The position numbers and the translations under genes are program-made. The notes beneath the pieces were generated by a model. That model worked only from the letters and a program-made list of their open reading frames with translations, had not been told where the DNA came from and searched no databases. 64,000 nucleotides of DNA from Betaproteobacteria bacterium. GTDB lineage: Bacteria; Pseudomonadota; Gammaproteobacteria; Burkholderiales; SG8-39. Where the stretch lies: positions 1,432 through 65,431 of the forward strand of contig CANIEV010000002.1 in NCBI GenBank assembly GCA_947466535.1, written 5' to 3'. This document shows, piece by piece, positions 47,051 to 59,565 of the stretch (position 1 is its first letter; every line of letters begins with the position of its first letter).

Positions 47051-47075
47051 CTTATCCACAGGTTCTGTGGATAAG
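47051..47075. promoter_or_regulatory. inverted pair of perfect consensus DnaA boxes
   Basis: cTTATCCACA-ggttc-TGTGGATAAg. Both 9-mers match TTATCCACA exactly, and the dyad extends to 10 bp per arm. Confidence 0.55.
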
Positions 47076-47232
47076 CATGTCTGCGACTCATAACTCAGAA
47101 ATCGATGACGGACGTCAAGAGAAATCAGGCGGAAAGACCGCGCGTCGGATCGTCGGCTGTGCGGCAATTGGAAGTGCCGCTCCGTAACCCCTTGTGGACA
47201 GCGAGGAAATCCGGGAGCGGCCCCGGGGTTCC

Positions 47233-47261
47233 TTGCCGAACTGACGCTCGCAGGCTAAAGT
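47233..47261 (+). promoter_or_regulatory. candidate sigma70 promoter of exbB-exbD
   Basis: TTGCCG, a 17-nt spacer, then TAAAGT. The -10 ends about 40 nt upstream of the TTG start. Confidence 0.4.
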
Positions 47262-47300
47262 GGCGGGCGCATTTTTCTTTACTCGGCAGGAGTCCCAGAG

Positions 47301-47960
47301 TTGTTCGCAATCATTCAGGCAGCGGGTTGGCCCATTTGGCCATTGCTAATTGCATCAATCGTCGCGGTTGCGCTCATCATCGAGCGCTTGGTGATCCTGC
47401 GTAAGCAGAGAATCAACCCGCGCGGACTTCTGGACAAGGCCGTTGGCGCTTATCGCAAGCAGGGGGTAACCGAAGAACTCGTGACCAAGCTTGAGGGGGA
47501 TTCTCCTCTCGGCCGGGTTCTGGCGGCGGGCCTCAGGAACGTGAAGAGTTCGCGTTACGTGATGAAAGAGGCGATAGAAGAGCAAGGGCGGGCGGTAACG
47601 CATGAACTCGAGCGCTTTCTCACAACGCTGGGTACGATCGCGTCGATTTCACCTCTCATGGGGCTTTTCGGCACGGTCGTTGGAATGATCGAGATATTCG
47701 GATCGAATTCGCCAAGCGGAACGAATCCGCAGCAGCTTGCCCACGGCATTTCGGTCGCGCTCTATAACACCGGTTTCGGCCTGGTCATCGCCGTTCCGTC
47801 AATGATTTTCTTCCGCCACTTTCGCGGCAAGGTGGAGTCGCTCGTCTTCGAGATGGAGCAGCAGGCGTCCAAACTCGTTGACGTGGTTCATGGAGAGCGC
47901 TTTGATTTAGTACCGCCTACCGGTCAGGATGGCGAAGGCAAAGGGCGGCAGGCGCAATGA
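47301..47960 (+). CDS. exbB: MotA/TolQ/ExbB proton-channel family protein
   Basis: IASISPLMGLFGTVVGMI and GISVALYNTGFGL motifs. TTG start with AGGAG upstream. Confidence 0.85.
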   Translation: MFAIIQAAGWPIWPLLIASIVAVALIIERLVILRKQRINPRGLLDKAVGAYRKQGVTEELVTKLEGDSPLGRVLAAGLRNVKSSRYVMKEAIEEQGRAVTHELERFLTTLGTIASISPLMGLFGTVVGMIEIFGSNSPSGTNPQQLAHGISVALYNTGFGLVIAVPSMIFFRHFRGKVESLVFEMEQQASKLVDVVHGERFDLVPPTGQDGEGKGRQAQ

Positions 47961-48376
47961 ATTTTCGCAGCAGCCACAACAGGGAGGATCCGGAAATCAA
48001 CCTGATCCCCCTGATCGATGTCCTGCTCGTAATCATTATTTTCCTTATGCTGACCACGACGTACTCGAGGTTTGCCGAACTCCAGATCAACCTGCCGAGT
48101 GCGGATGCGGAAAAGCAACTCGACCGCCCGAACGAGATCAGTGTTGTCATGGCGGCGAACGGACAGTACCTGGTCAACAGGCGTCCGGTTGCATTTCGCG
48201 ATGTGTCCTCGTTCGCGCAGGAGTTGCGCCGCGCTGGAGCGGAACTCAAAGAGCCGGTGATCGTGATCAACGCCGACAGCGGTGTGACTCATCAGTCAGT
48301 AGTGAGAGTCATGGACGCTGCGCGCCAGGCGGGCTACGGGCAGATTGCGTTTGCGGTCGAACAGGCGGCAAAATAG
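47957..48376 (+). CDS. exbD: ExbD/TolR biopolymer transport protein
   Basis: EINLIPLIDVLLVIIIFLM signature. ATGA overlap with exbB. Confidence 0.85.
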   Translation: MNFRSSHNREDPEINLIPLIDVLLVIIIFLMLTTTYSRFAELQINLPSADAEKQLDRPNEISVVMAANGQYLVNRRPVAFRDVSSFAQELRRAGAELKEPVIVINADSGVTHQSVVRVMDAARQAGYGQIAFAVEQAAK

Positions 48377-48406
48377 ATCGCCGCACCGCATCGCGGTGCC
48401 ATCAGC

Positions 48407-49408
48407 ATGACTTCGACGAGCACTCCGGATTTTCCTCTGCGACACTGGAGCCGGAGAGGGGCGGGCGCCCTGTTCCTGTGGCCGGTGAGCCAGATTTACC
48501 GCGCACTCTCGGGCTTTCGTCGTTTCCTCTATGCGCGACGCTTGCTGCGTACCGGGCGCCTTGATGTCCCGGTGGTGGTCGTTGGTAACCTGACTGTTGG
48601 CGGAACCGGGAAGACGCCTCTCGTGATCGCGCTCGCGCGGGCACTGCTCGTAGCAGGCTATCGTCCCGGCATCGTGTCGCGTGGCTACCCCGGTAGTGAC
48701 CCCGGACCCCGGGAGGTACACCCTGGGGATTCGCCGTCTGAAGTCGGAGATGAGTCGCTGCTCCTGGCCGCGCGTTGCGAATGTCCTGTATTCATTGGTC
48801 GCAAGCGATTTGCCGCAGGCGGCGCACTCCTGGCACAGCACCCTGAGGTGGACGTGATCCTCTGCGATGACGGACTCCAGCACTACGCGCTCGCGAGGGA
48901 TATTGAAATCGCCGTTGAGGATTCGCGCGGTTCGGGCAATGGATTCCTGCTGCCTGCGGGGCCCTTGCGGGAGCCCGTTTCCCGACGGGTTGACTACAGA
49001 GTTGCAAATGGAGTGACGAGGACGGGAACCTCACGCATGGACATCGTTCCGGCGGGTTTTTTTTGGGTCGATTCCCCTCGCGATCCGGTCGGTGACGGCC
49101 TGCTCACCGGCAGCGTGCATGCCTTCGCCGGCATCGGGTCGCCCGACCGCTTTTTCCGTAGTCTGCAATCCTTGGGACTCAGTTTTGTCGAGCACCGGTT
49201 TCCGGATCATCACGCGTATCGCGCGGAGGATCTTCAGTTCGAGGGCGCCGATTGGATACTGATGACCGAGAAGGATGCGGTAAAATGCCGGCGTTTCGGC
49301 CGCGACAATTTGGTGTATCTGCGCGTCGATGCACGTCTCGATCCGGCGTTCCTTCAACGTCTGACAAGCCAACTGCGTGAGTGCCTCAATGGACGCCAGA
49401 CTTCTTGA
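48407..49408 (+). CDS. lpxK: tetraacyldisaccharide 4'-kinase
   Basis: [19 protein letters not shown]-loop and ILCDDGLQH. Confidence 0.9.
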   Translation: MTSTSTPDFPLRHWSRRGAGALFLWPVSQIYRALSGFRRFLYARRLLRTGRLDVPVVVVGNLTVGGTGKTPLVIALARALLVAGYRPGIVSRGYPGSDPGPREVHPGDSPSEVGDESLLLAARCECPVFIGRKRFAAGGALLAQHPEVDVILCDDGLQHYALARDIEIAVEDSRGSGNGFLLPAGPLREPVSRRVDYRVANGVTRTGTSRMDIVPAGFFWVDSPRDPVGDGLLTGSVHAFAGIGSPDRFFRSLQSLGLSFVEHRFPDHHAYRAEDLQFEGADWILMTEKDAVKCRRFGRDNLVYLRVDARLDPAFLQRLTSQLRECLNGRQTS

Positions 49409-49571
49409 CATACTCGTGTGCCCGATCTGCAAAGGACCGCTGGTCCTCCGCAAGGCAGAGAAGGAACTCGTCTGCAAGCCGGACAGGCTCGCCTTTCAGA
49501 TTGCCGACGGAATTCCGGTAATGCTCGAGAGCGAGGCGCGCAGGCTCGACCCGCTCGAAGAAATCGAATAG
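49389..49571 (+). CDS. Trm112/YcaR family small zinc-ribbon-like protein
   Basis: [18 protein letters not shown] and [14 protein letters not shown]. It overlaps the 3' end of lpxK. An alternative start lies at 49377. Confidence 0.8.
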   Translation: MDARLLDILVCPICKGPLVLRKAEKELVCKPDRLAFQIADGIPVMLESEARRLDPLEEIE

Positions 49572-49582
49572 GTCCCCCGGCT

Positions 49583-51075
<1,493 letters not shown>

Positions 51076-51147
51076 ATCAGACGCCCGGTGACGGCCGGCT
51101 GCATCGCAAGATGCTGCCGGAATTGGCTTTTTCCTGTCCTACGCCGG

Positions 51148-51153
51148 TATAAT
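51148..51153 (+). promoter_or_regulatory. candidate -10 element of the hppA promoter
   Basis: A perfect TATAAT lies 74 nt upstream of the hppA ATG. The nearest TTGGCT is 19 nt away, too far for a good -35. Confidence 0.3.
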
Positions 51154-51226
51154 CGCCGGCTGTTCCAACAAGACCGGGCCACCTCGGAGGTCCGGAAAAA
51201 AGACTTTCAGCGGAGGTTTGCCAATC

Positions 51227-53290
51227 ATGTCTACACCTTTGTGGTTCGCCCTGGTATGCGCGGTCATCGCCATCCTCTATGGGTGGACGTCGACCACCTG
51301 GATCCTGCGTCAGCCCACCGGAAATGCGCGGATGCAGGAAATAGCCGCAGCCATTCAGGCCGGTGCGCAGGCGTACCTGAACCGACAGTACGTCACCATC
51401 GGCATCGTCGGCGTCATACTGCTGTTCGTGATCGCGATCGCGCTTGATCTCGCAACGGCTGCGGGCTTCGCACTCGGTGCGGTGCTATCCGGACTGACCG
51501 GCTACATCGGGATGAACGTCTCGGTCCGCGCCAACGTGCGCACCGCGGAGGCAGCGCGCAGCGGCCTTAACGAGGCGCTCACGGTTGCGTTCCGTGGTGG
51601 CGCGATCACCGGGATGCTGGTGGTCGGCCTTGGCCTCCTGGGCGTGACAGGCTTCTATGCCATCCTGGTTGCCACCGGCAAGGCCGGTGCGTCCCTTTCG
51701 GAAGTCATCCATCCCCTGGTGGGTCTGGCTTTTGGCGGTTCGCTGATCTCGATATTCGCGCGTCTGGGTGGAGGCATCTTCACCAAGGGCGCGGACGTCG
51801 GTGCCGACCTTGTCGGCAAGGTCGAAGCGGGCATCCCCGAGGACGATCCGCGCAACCCCGCGGTTATCGCGGACAACGTGGGTGACAATGTTGGCGACTG
51901 CGCTGGCATGGCGGCTGACCTGTTCGAAACGTACGCGGTGACCATCGTCGCCACGATGGTGCTCGGCGCACTGATGGTCAAGACCACCAGCGACGCGGCG
52001 GTCATCTATCCCCTCGTGATGGGCGGCTTTTCGATCATCGCGTCGATCATCGGCTGTGCAATGGTCAAGGTGCAACCCGGCAAGAAGATCATGAGCGCGC
52101 TGTATCGCGGGCTCATCGTGGCAGGCGTCCTCGCCGGGATCGCGTTCATACCGATCACCATGTGGATCATGGGCGATGTGGTCAAGACCACCCCGTTCGA
52201 TATCGGTGGCGGCAAGGTCATGATCACTGTCTGGCACCTCATCGGTGCGGCCTGGATTGGTCTCGTTCTCACCGCGCTCATGGTGGTGATCACCGAGTAC
52301 TACACCGCAACCGAATACGCGCCGGTTCGCCACGTTGCCCGGGCGTCGACCACCGGGCACGCCACTAACATGATCGCAGGCCTGGGTGTTTCGATGAAGT
52401 CAACTGCCTGGCCGGTACTGTCGGTCTGTGCCGCGATTCTGCTTGCTTACAAGCTTGCCGGCCTCTACGGCATCGCGATTGCCGCGACCTCGATGCTATC
52501 CATGGCGGGCATTATCGTCGCCCTCGACGCCTACGGCCCGATCACCGACAACGCCGGTGGCATCGCCGAAATGTCGGATCTGCCTGCTTCGGTTCGTGCG
52601 ATCACCGATCCGCTGGATGCGGTGGGCAACACCACCAAGGCGGTGACCAAGGGTTACGCCATCGGTTCGGCCGGTCTGGCTGCCCTGGTGTTGTTCGCCG
52701 ATTACACGCACGCGCTTGAAGCGGCGGGCAAGTCGATTCTGTTTGACCTGTCGGATCACCGGGTGATCGTCGGCCTGTTCATCGGGGGCCTGATTCCCTA
52801 CCTTTTCGGCGCGATGGCGATGGAAGCGGTGGGCAGGGCGGCTTCGGCGGTCGTGATCGAAGTCCGCCGACAGTTCAAGGAAATTCCCGGGATTATGGCG
52901 GGCACGAGCAAACCGGAATACGGCGTTGCGGTGGACATGCTCACCAAGGCCGCGATCAAGGAAATGATCGTTCCGTCGATTCTTCCGGTGCTGGTGCCGA
53001 TTCTTGTGGGCGTGCTGCTCGGCCCGCAGGCCCTCGGCGGCGTGTTGATGGGGTCGATCGTGACCGGTCTGTTCGTCGCGATCTCCATGACCACCGGTGG
53101 TGGCGCATGGGATAACGCGAAGAAGTACATTGAAGACGGTCACCATGGCGGCAAGGGTTCCGATGCCCACAAGGCCGCGGTCACGGGTGACACGGTCGGT
53201 GATCCCTACAAGGATACGGCGGGACCGGCGGTGAACCCGCTGATCAAGATCATCAACATCGTTGCGCTGATGATCGTCCCGCTGCTGTAA
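51227..53290 (+). CDS. hppA: membrane-bound proton-translocating pyrophosphatase
   Basis: [39 protein letters not shown] and [15 protein letters not shown]. The ATG at 51227 is preceded by CGGAGG. A TTG at 51218 is also in frame. Confidence 0.95.
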   Translation: MSTPLWFALVCAVIAILYGWTSTTWILRQPTGNARMQEIAAAIQAGAQAYLNRQYVTIGIVGVILLFVIAIALDLATAAGFALGAVLSGLTGYIGMNVSVRANVRTAEAARSGLNEALTVAFRGGAITGMLVVGLGLLGVTGFYAILVATGKAGASLSEVIHPLVGLAFGGSLISIFARLGGGIFTKGADVGADLVGKVEAGIPEDDPRNPAVIADNVGDNVGDCAGMAADLFETYAVTIVATMVLGALMVKTTSDAAVIYPLVMGGFSIIASIIGCAMVKVQPGKKIMSALYRGLIVAGVLAGIAFIPITMWIMGDVVKTTPFDIGGGKVMITVWHLIGAAWIGLVLTALMVVITEYYTATEYAPVRHVARASTTGHATNMIAGLGVSMKSTAWPVLSVCAAILLAYKLAGLYGIAIAATSMLSMAGIIVALDAYGPITDNAGGIAEMSDLPASVRAITDPLDAVGNTTKAVTKGYAIGSAGLAALVLFADYTHALEAAGKSILFDLSDHRVIVGLFIGGLIPYLFGAMAMEAVGRAASAVVIEVRRQFKEIPGIMAGTSKPEYGVAVDMLTKAAIKEMIVPSILPVLVPILVGVLLGPQALGGVLMGSIVTGLFVAISMTTGGGAWDNAKKYIEDGHHGGKGSDAHKAAVTGDTVGDPYKDTAGPAVNPLIKIINIVALMIVPLL

Positions 53291-53310
53291 GAAACAAAGC
53301 AGGAACGGAC

Positions 53311-53341
53311 AAGGGCGGCTTCGGCCGCCCTTTGCTTTTTG
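53311..53341 (+). terminator. intrinsic terminator after hppA
   Basis: AAGGGCGGC-TTCG-GCCGCCCTT followed by TGCTTTTT. Confidence 0.8.
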
Positions 53342-53403
53342 GGGGTGCTTCCCTACGATGGTGCAGCGGAGCGGACCCTGAGAGAATGCCCTGACGGCGC
53401 GCT

Positions 53404-53955
53404 TCAGCGCACGCGGCGAAGCGTCTTCCTGAATTCGACCAAGGCACGAAAGTGCTCGAGCAGTGCCTTGGGGTTGGCCGCCGGATTGGCGCCGCTCGGG
53501 TTGGGCGTGACGAATATGCACGTCCTGCCGATCCGCTCTGCCTGCTCGCCTGCGGCCACCTTGCGCCGGGATTCCAGCGCGTACTCAAGAAATTTCGCGT
53601 ACGCGCTTGTGCCCTGGAACCAGGCGATCAGGGGTTCGTGGCGCTCAATCTTGCGCAGAAGCGCTCTCGCCCCCCGCCGGTAGTCGGCTTCGTTGAGTTC
53701 GATCGCTGTGTGCGTGGGGCGCTTTACGATATCCGTAAAACCGATTCGATCGCGTTTGAACAGAATTCGCATCGCCGCCGGCCCCGGTTCGACCGGTTCG
53801 ATCAGCAGTCCGGAGGTATTTGCCGCCGGCCAGAAGCGGTTTCCCGGGCGTGCGAAGTTGAATCCCTTTTCGACCGAGTACACGGACGGATTGATTCCGA
53901 TCGACAGGAGGTCGAGCCCCGGGCCGATGCGGTCGCGTAGCGTGGGTTCAGCCAT
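53404..53955 (-). CDS. mug: G/U mismatch-specific (Mug/TDG family) DNA glycosylase
   Basis: GINPS, PGNRFW and PNPSG motifs collinear with E. coli Mug. Confidence 0.8.
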   Translation of the reverse strand: MAEPTLRDRIGPGLDLLSIGINPSVYSVEKGFNFARPGNRFWPAANTSGLLIEPVEPGPAAMRILFKRDRIGFTDIVKRPTHTAIELNEADYRRGARALLRKIERHEPLIAWFQGTSAYAKFLEYALESRRKVAAGEQAERIGRTCIFVTPNPSGANPAANPKALLEHFRALVEFRKTLRRVR

Positions 53956-54895
53956 GGAAGGCGTGCTCGGTCACCAGGTTCACCACGCGCTCCAGCGCGT
54001 CATCGGCAAGGCTGTCCACCGCATGGATATCGGGCCAGCCGCGAAGCCAGGTGAGCTGTCTTTTGGCAAGCTGGCGCGTCGCGAAAATTCCCCGGTCGCG
54101 CAGCTCCGATTTAGGCAGCCTGCCTTCGAGCATTTCCCAGACCTGCCGGTAACCAACGCAGCGCATCGAGGACATCGTCTCGGTGAGCTTGAAGCGATTG
54201 CGCAATCCGACGAGCTCCTCGACGAATCCTGCCGCAAGCATCGCATCGAATCGCCGGGCGATGTTTTCGTGCAGGCGCGATCGTTCCGCCGGCAACAGGG
54301 CAATCTGGAGCATGTCCCACGGAGGTGGTTCCCTCCGGTGGCCGAGCTGGCTCGACATGGGGGTGCCGGTCTGTTTGAATATTTCCAGCGCACGGCCGAT
54401 ACGTTGCGAATCGTTCGGGGGCAGGCGCATAGCCGTCTCGGGGTCGACAGTGGCGAGCTCACGATGCAGGGCGGGCCATCCCTCGACCGCAGCGCGCGCC
54501 TCGATCTCAGCGCGTACGGATGCGTCCGCGGGGGGCAGATCCGAAAGGCCTTCGCGAAGCGCCTTCAGATAGAGCATCGTGCCGCCGACGAGAAGCGGCG
54601 TCCTGTCGCGCCCGAGGATGTCCGCCATCGCGGCGCCGGCATCCGTGCAGAATCGAGCCGCTGAATAGGATTCGTCGGGATCAAGCAGGTCGAGCAGGTG
54701 GTGCGGGATCGCGGCGCGTTCGTTGGCGTCGGGCTTTGCCGTGCCGATGTTCATACCGCGGTAGATCTGTGCCGAATCGACGCTGACGATCTCGACCGGA
54801 AAGCGCTTCGCGAGTGCGGCGGCAAGCGCGCTTTTCCCGCTCGCGGTCGGCCCGAGGAGCGCGATCACGCGCGGGCGTATTGCGCCGGAAATCAC
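53948..54895 (-). CDS. miaA: tRNA dimethylallyltransferase
   Basis: [14 protein letters not shown]-loop, [19 protein letters not shown] and GGTMLY. Confidence 0.95.
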   Translation of the reverse strand: MISGAIRPRVIALLGPTASGKSALAAALAKRFPVEIVSVDSAQIYRGMNIGTAKPDANERAAIPHHLLDLLDPDESYSAARFCTDAGAAMADILGRDRTPLLVGGTMLYLKALREGLSDLPPADASVRAEIEARAAVEGWPALHRELATVDPETAMRLPPNDSQRIGRALEIFKQTGTPMSSQLGHRREPPPWDMLQIALLPAERSRLHENIARRFDAMLAAGFVEELVGLRNRFKLTETMSSMRCVGYRQVWEMLEGRLPKSELRDRGIFATRQLAKRQLTWLRGWPDIHAVDSLADDALERVVNLVTEHAFHG

Positions 54896-55005
54896 TTCTG
54901 AAAGTCAAACATTTTTCTTGAAACTCCAACACCGGTGCCTAAAAGAAGGCGATTAATGATCAATTCTGGTGCAATAAACCAGGACGAAACCCTCGTTTCT
55001 GCCAC

Positions 55006-56859
55006 CTACTGGCCGCGAAGGAACAGCTTGTCGAGGTCGGAGAGCGCCATCTGGTACCAGGTCGGGCGTCCGTGATTGCACTGGCCAGCGCGCTCGGTTT
55101 CTTCCATTTCGCGAAGAAGGGCATTCATCTCGGGAACAGTCAGCATGCGATTGGCACGGACCGCGCCGTGGCAGGCAAGCGTGGACAGCAAGTCGTCCCG
55201 GCGCTCGGTGAGAACGCGGCTTGCGCCAAATTCGCGCAAGTCCGCCAGCAGTGCGCGAACGAGCACAGGAAGGTCACCGCCCGCGACCATCACCGGCACC
55301 GCACGGACCGCGAGCGTGGTCGGTGACAACGGTGAAACATCGAAACCGAGACGCGCGAGCACATCCTTCTGTTCATCCGCTGTGGTGACATCGAGTGCGT
55401 CGATAGAAAGCGTGACCGGGATGAGCAGTCGCTGGGTGGCGATCGTCTCGCCGTCCAGCGCGAGTTTGAGCTTCTCGTAGAGGATGCGTTCGTGCGCGGC
55501 GTGCATGTCGACCAGCACCAGGCCTGCGGCATTTTGTGCGAGCACGTAGACGCCGTGCAGTTGCGCGAGGGCGTAACCCAGCGGGGGGCTGAGTCGGCTT
55601 GCGCCAGGACTGGATGTGAACGACGCTGTTCCGGGCTGCGCCGCAGACTCGCCGGCCGAACCGGATGCGAAGCCGGGAAGGTTCAATCGAGGCGCACCGG
55701 AGAAGGCGGTGGGGAACGCCGATGCATTGCCGCTGCCGAATGCATAGGCGGGGCGCGATTCCATCGCGTTTTCGCCCGTCATCGGAAACGAGGACTGGAA
55801 CGCGGTTTGTGCGCGTTGGGGCGCGGCCGTCGGCGATGCGTAGGCAACCGGCGCTTCGGCGGCATTCAGGGACAGCGCCCGCTGAAGTGCGTGGTACACG
55901 AACTGGTGTATCGATCGCGAGTCGCGAAAGCGGATTTCCGTCTTCGCCGGGTGAACATTCACGTCCACGCTGGACGGGTCCACCTCGAGGAAAAGTACAT
56001 AGGACGGGTGCCGGTCGCCGTGCAGCAGGTCGCGATAGGCTTCGCGAATCGCATGCGCGATCACCTTGTCCCGCACGAATCGGCCGTTGACGTAGGCGTA
56101 CTGGGCGTCGCGTCCCGAGCGGGCATCTGCGGGCGAACCGGCGAACCCGCGCAGCCGGATTGTGCCGGCGGCCTCGTCGACGATCCTCGCACCTGCCGCG
56201 AAGGAATCGCCAAGAAGCGCCGAGACGCGGCGGCGCAGATCCGAGGCGGTGAGGTGCAGCGACACGCGATCATTGTGGCGTAGAGTCGCGGCGACATCGG
56301 GCCGGGCCAGCACGATCCGACGAAAGACGTCGTCGCAATGCGCGAACTCCGTGGCATCGGTGCGCAGGAACTTGCGTCGTGCCGGCGTATTGAAGTAAAG
56401 GTCGCGCACGGTCACGGTTGTTCCGGCCGGCACCGCGGCCGGTTCGACAGCACCGACTACGCTGCCTTCGGCGCGTTGCCGGAAGCCGTGTGCCGACTGT
56501 ATATCGGGGCCATTGATACGACTGGCAATTTCCACCCGCGCAACTGATGCAATACTCGCGAGCGCCTCACCGCGAAACCCGAGGGAGTTCACGTTCTCGA
56601 GATCGTGAAGGCTGGCGATCTTGCTGGTGGCATGTCGCTCGAAGGCAAGAGGCAGGTCCTCGCGGGAAATTCCCCCGCCGTCATCGGTGACGCGGATTTC
56701 GCGCACGCCGCCTTCGGCGAGCGTCACGTCGAGGCGCGTCGAACCCGCGTCGAGTGCGTTCTCGAGCAGTTCTTTCAGCACCGACGCGGGGCGCTCGACC
56801 ACCTCGCCTGCGGCGATCTGGCTGATGAGTGTGTCCGGCAGGCGGCGAATGGCTGTCAT
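55006..56859 (-). CDS. mutL: DNA mismatch repair protein MutL
   Basis: IRRLPDTLISQIAAGEVVERPASVLKELLENALDAG (GHKL ATPase) and the C-terminal dimerisation domain. Confidence 0.95.
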   Translation of the reverse strand: MTAIRRLPDTLISQIAAGEVVERPASVLKELLENALDAGSTRLDVTLAEGGVREIRVTDDGGGISREDLPLAFERHATSKIASLHDLENVNSLGFRGEALASIASVARVEIASRINGPDIQSAHGFRQRAEGSVVGAVEPAAVPAGTTVTVRDLYFNTPARRKFLRTDATEFAHCDDVFRRIVLARPDVAATLRHNDRVSLHLTASDLRRRVSALLGDSFAAGARIVDEAAGTIRLRGFAGSPADARSGRDAQYAYVNGRFVRDKVIAHAIREAYRDLLHGDRHPSYVLFLEVDPSSVDVNVHPAKTEIRFRDSRSIHQFVYHALQRALSLNAAEAPVAYASPTAAPQRAQTAFQSSFPMTGENAMESRPAYAFGSGNASAFPTAFSGAPRLNLPGFASGSAGESAAQPGTASFTSSPGASRLSPPLGYALAQLHGVYVLAQNAAGLVLVDMHAAHERILYEKLKLALDGETIATQRLLIPVTLSIDALDVTTADEQKDVLARLGFDVSPLSPTTLAVRAVPVMVAGGDLPVLVRALLADLREFGASRVLTERRDDLLSTLACHGAVRANRMLTVPEMNALLREMEETERAGQCNHGRPTWYQMALSDLDKLFLRGQ

Positions 56860-56947
56860 GTTTTGGAGCGGGACGGGGCGGAGCGGAGCAAGACCCCACC
56901 GGGTCGTGGCGACAGGATTATAGGGCGACGCAGGTTAGAATCGCCGC

Positions 56948-57589
56948 ATGGATATCTTGCTTGCATTCTGGGACATCGTACTGCACCTGGATCGGCATCT
57001 GGCAGCCCTTCTCGCGGAGTACGGAACATGGATTTATGTCTTGCTGTTTGTGATCATATTTTGCGAAACCGGGTTGGTGGTTACCCCGTTTCTTCCCGGC
57101 GATTCGCTGCTGTTCGTGTCAGGCGCCCTTTGGGCGGCGGCCGGGATGGATGTGCGTTTGCTCGCCGCCACGCTGATCGTTGCGGCCCTGCTTGGTGATC
57201 ACTGCAATTATTTTGCGGGCCGGTTCTTCGGTCCGCGCGTATTCAGGTGGGAGCAGTCAAAATTCTTCAATCGGCGAGCGCTTGACCATACGCGCGGGTT
57301 CTATGAGCTGCATGGAGGGAAGACGTTGGTCATCGCCCGCTACCTGCCGCTGGTGCGCACATTCGCGCCCTTCGTGGCCGGTATCGGCCGAATGCATTAC
57401 CCGAGGTTCCTGTCCTTCAGTGTGACCGGGGCGGTGTTGTGGGTCGTGTCACTGGTCGGGGCGGGATACTACCTAGGCAACCTCCCGTTCGTGAAGCAGA
57501 ACCTGTCTGCCATCATCGTCGGGATCATTTTTGTGTCGCTCCTGCCGGTTGTGGTCGAGGCGATCAAGCACAAGCTGCGCGCTCGCTAG
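56948..57589 (+). CDS. DedA family membrane protein
   Basis: FCETGLVVTPFLPGDSLLF and LPLVRTFAPFVAG. Confidence 0.85.
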   Translation: MDILLAFWDIVLHLDRHLAALLAEYGTWIYVLLFVIIFCETGLVVTPFLPGDSLLFVSGALWAAAGMDVRLLAATLIVAALLGDHCNYFAGRFFGPRVFRWEQSKFFNRRALDHTRGFYELHGGKTLVIARYLPLVRTFAPFVAGIGRMHYPRFLSFSVTGAVLWVVSLVGAGYYLGNLPFVKQNLSAIIVGIIFVSLLPVVVEAIKHKLRAR

Positions 57590-57604
57590 CCACAGAATTC
57601 ACGA

Positions 57605-59095
57605 TCAGGGATTGGCGGCGAGTACCGGGCGCTGCGGGAGCGTGGCCGGCGTCGCTGTCGCGACCACCGGCTTTGAGGTCGCCGGGTTCCGGGTGAAGTG
57701 GCGGCGGATGCCGCGAAGCACGGCCTGTGCGAGTTTGTCCTGGTAGGACTCGTCGGTCAGTTTCGACTCTTCTTCCGGGTTGCTGATGAACGCGGTCTCC
57801 ACAAGGATCGAGGGAATATCCGGTGCCTTGAGAACTGCAAACCCCGCCTGCTCGACGTTGTCCTTGTGCAGGGTGTTGATAGTGCCGATCTCGCCCAGCA
57901 CCGCGCGCGCGAGTTTGATGCTGTCCTGGATGGTCGCGGTCTGGGACAGATCCAGCAGTGTCTGAGCGAGGTGCTTGTCCTTGACATCAAGATTGACGCC
58001 GCCGATCAGGTCAGCCTCGTTTTCCTTCTTTGCGAGCCAGCGGGCGGCGGCACTCGTCGCACCGCGTTCCGAAAGTGCGAACACGGACGATCCGCGTGCA
58101 TGGGGCTTGATGAACGCATCCGCGTGAATGGACACGAACAGGTCCGCCTTAACGCGTCGTGCTTTCTCGACACGGGTCACCAGCGGGACGAAGAAGTCGC
58201 CGTCGCGGGTGAGGACTCCGCGCATGCCGGGTTCTGCGTCGATGAGCGCCTTCAGGCGGCGCGCAATCATCAGCGTCACATGTTTTTCCTGTGTGCCGCG
58301 CCGGCCTTTTGCTCCGGGGTCTTCTCCGCCGTGTCCGGCATCGATCGCGACGGTGATCAGGCGTTGCACCGCGGCGGGCTTCGTGGCGTCGGGGGGCCGT
58401 TGCACCGGTTTTTCCGCACGCGTATCCGGCTTGGGATCCGCCGGCAACGCTGCGCTGCCGGTACGAATTTCGGTGTGCACTTCCGGTTCCATGCGGAGCG
58501 GCAAGGACGCCGGAGTGGACGGCGCGTCTTTTGCGGGTTCTGCAGGCGGTGTGTCGCGGGTGTCTCCTTTGTATAGAAGGGCCATAAGCGGATCCGCGGG
58601 TTTGGCGGGATAGATATCCAGCACGAGCCTATGGCCGTATTCACCCACCGGTTTCAAGGTGAAGATCTGCGGTCGTGCTTCGCTTTTGAGATCAAACACC
58701 AAGCGAACCACACCTGGCTTGAAACGTCCGGCGCGCAGTGCTGCGATGTACGGGTCTTCGGCGCCGATTTTTCCGGAGATTTCCTTCGCGAGGCTTTGGT
58801 AGTCGACGTCATCGAGGTCAAGCACCAGCCGGTCCGGGTTCTTGATCGTGAGAAGGGTGTGCGAAATGGCGGACTTCGATTCCAGCGTGACGCGGGTGTA
58901 GTCCTGGGCGGGCCAGATGCGGACGGCCCGTACCGGCTCGCCTGCGCGATTCACCGCGCGTTCGGTTTCCTGCGCGCGGACCGTGGCGACGACAAGTTGC
59001 GAAAGAATCAGGGCGACAAAACCAAACAGCACCAGACGCAGCAGCAGGTGGCCGCTCAGGAACAAGCGTCGGGCGATTTCAGGTCCGATACGCAA
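57605..59095 (-). CDS. N-acetylmuramoyl-L-alanine amidase (AmiB/AmiC type with N-terminal AMIN domain)
   Basis: AMIN-like VRIWPAQDYTRVTLES and LVLDL, a Pro-rich linker, then Amidase_3 IAIDAGHGGEDPGA, SIHADA and LVETAFISN. The TTG start at 59095 overlaps tsaE by 40 nt. An alternative TTG at 59065 is possible. Confidence 0.85.
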   Translation of the reverse strand: MRIGPEIARRLFLSGHLLLRLVLFGFVALILSQLVVATVRAQETERAVNRAGEPVRAVRIWPAQDYTRVTLESKSAISHTLLTIKNPDRLVLDLDDVDYQSLAKEISGKIGAEDPYIAALRAGRFKPGVVRLVFDLKSEARPQIFTLKPVGEYGHRLVLDIYPAKPADPLMALLYKGDTRDTPPAEPAKDAPSTPASLPLRMEPEVHTEIRTGSAALPADPKPDTRAEKPVQRPPDATKPAAVQRLITVAIDAGHGGEDPGAKGRRGTQEKHVTLMIARRLKALIDAEPGMRGVLTRDGDFFVPLVTRVEKARRVKADLFVSIHADAFIKPHARGSSVFALSERGATSAAARWLAKKENEADLIGGVNLDVKDKHLAQTLLDLSQTATIQDSIKLARAVLGEIGTINTLHKDNVEQAGFAVLKAPDIPSILVETAFISNPEEESKLTDESYQDKLAQAVLRGIRRHFTRNPATSKPVVATATPATLPQRPVLAANP

Positions 59096-59565
59096 TCGAT
59101 ACCTGCCTGAGTACGTGCTGTGAGTGTCGCAAGCCGGCCGCTTGCATCGGTTTGAAGAGAGATTTCCAGATCAGGCGGGGGCAGGAGGCCGATGGCCTTG
59201 TCAGGCCATTCCACGATACAGACTCCGTCACCATCGAAGTGTTCCCTGAATCCGGCTTCATCCCATTCCTTCGGATCCCGAAACCGATAAAAATCAAAGT
59301 GGTACAAGTCTAACCTAGAAACTGTATAAAGTTCAACCAGTGTGTAGGTCGGGCTTTTCACCCGACCGGCATATCCGAGCGCCCGCAGGAGTCCCCTGAC
59401 CAGCGTGGTCTTTCCGCTGCCGAGTTCTCCGGTCAGGTAAAGCAGGAAGCCGGGGCTCAATCGGCGTGCGAGGGCTGAGGCAAGTGCAATCGTCGCCGCC
59501 TCATCCGCGAGTGAAATCGCCAGCGTGTCATGCGGGGCCGCCTCGGTATCATCCTGCTTATGCAT
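59056..59565 (-). CDS. tsaE: tRNA t6A37 biosynthesis ATPase TsaE
   Basis: LYLTGELGSGKTTLVRG, KSPTYTLVELY and HFDFYR. Confidence 0.9.
   Translation of the reverse strand: MHKQDDTEAAPHDTLAISLADEAATIALASALARRLSPGFLLYLTGELGSGKTTLVRGLLRALGYAGRVKSPTYTLVELYTVSRLDLYHFDFYRFRDPKEWDEAGFREHFDGDGVCIVEWPDKAIGLLPPPDLEISLQTDASGRLATLTARTQAGIDCVSDLKSPDACS

Noticed and set aside
46908-47404. ORFs 46908..47093 and 47105..47404 lie in the xseA/exbB intergenic region.
   Set aside because: They have no RBS and odd composition. The second overlaps exbB out of frame. The region is more plausibly regulatory DNA holding promoters, the DnaA-box dyad and an AT-rich dyad.
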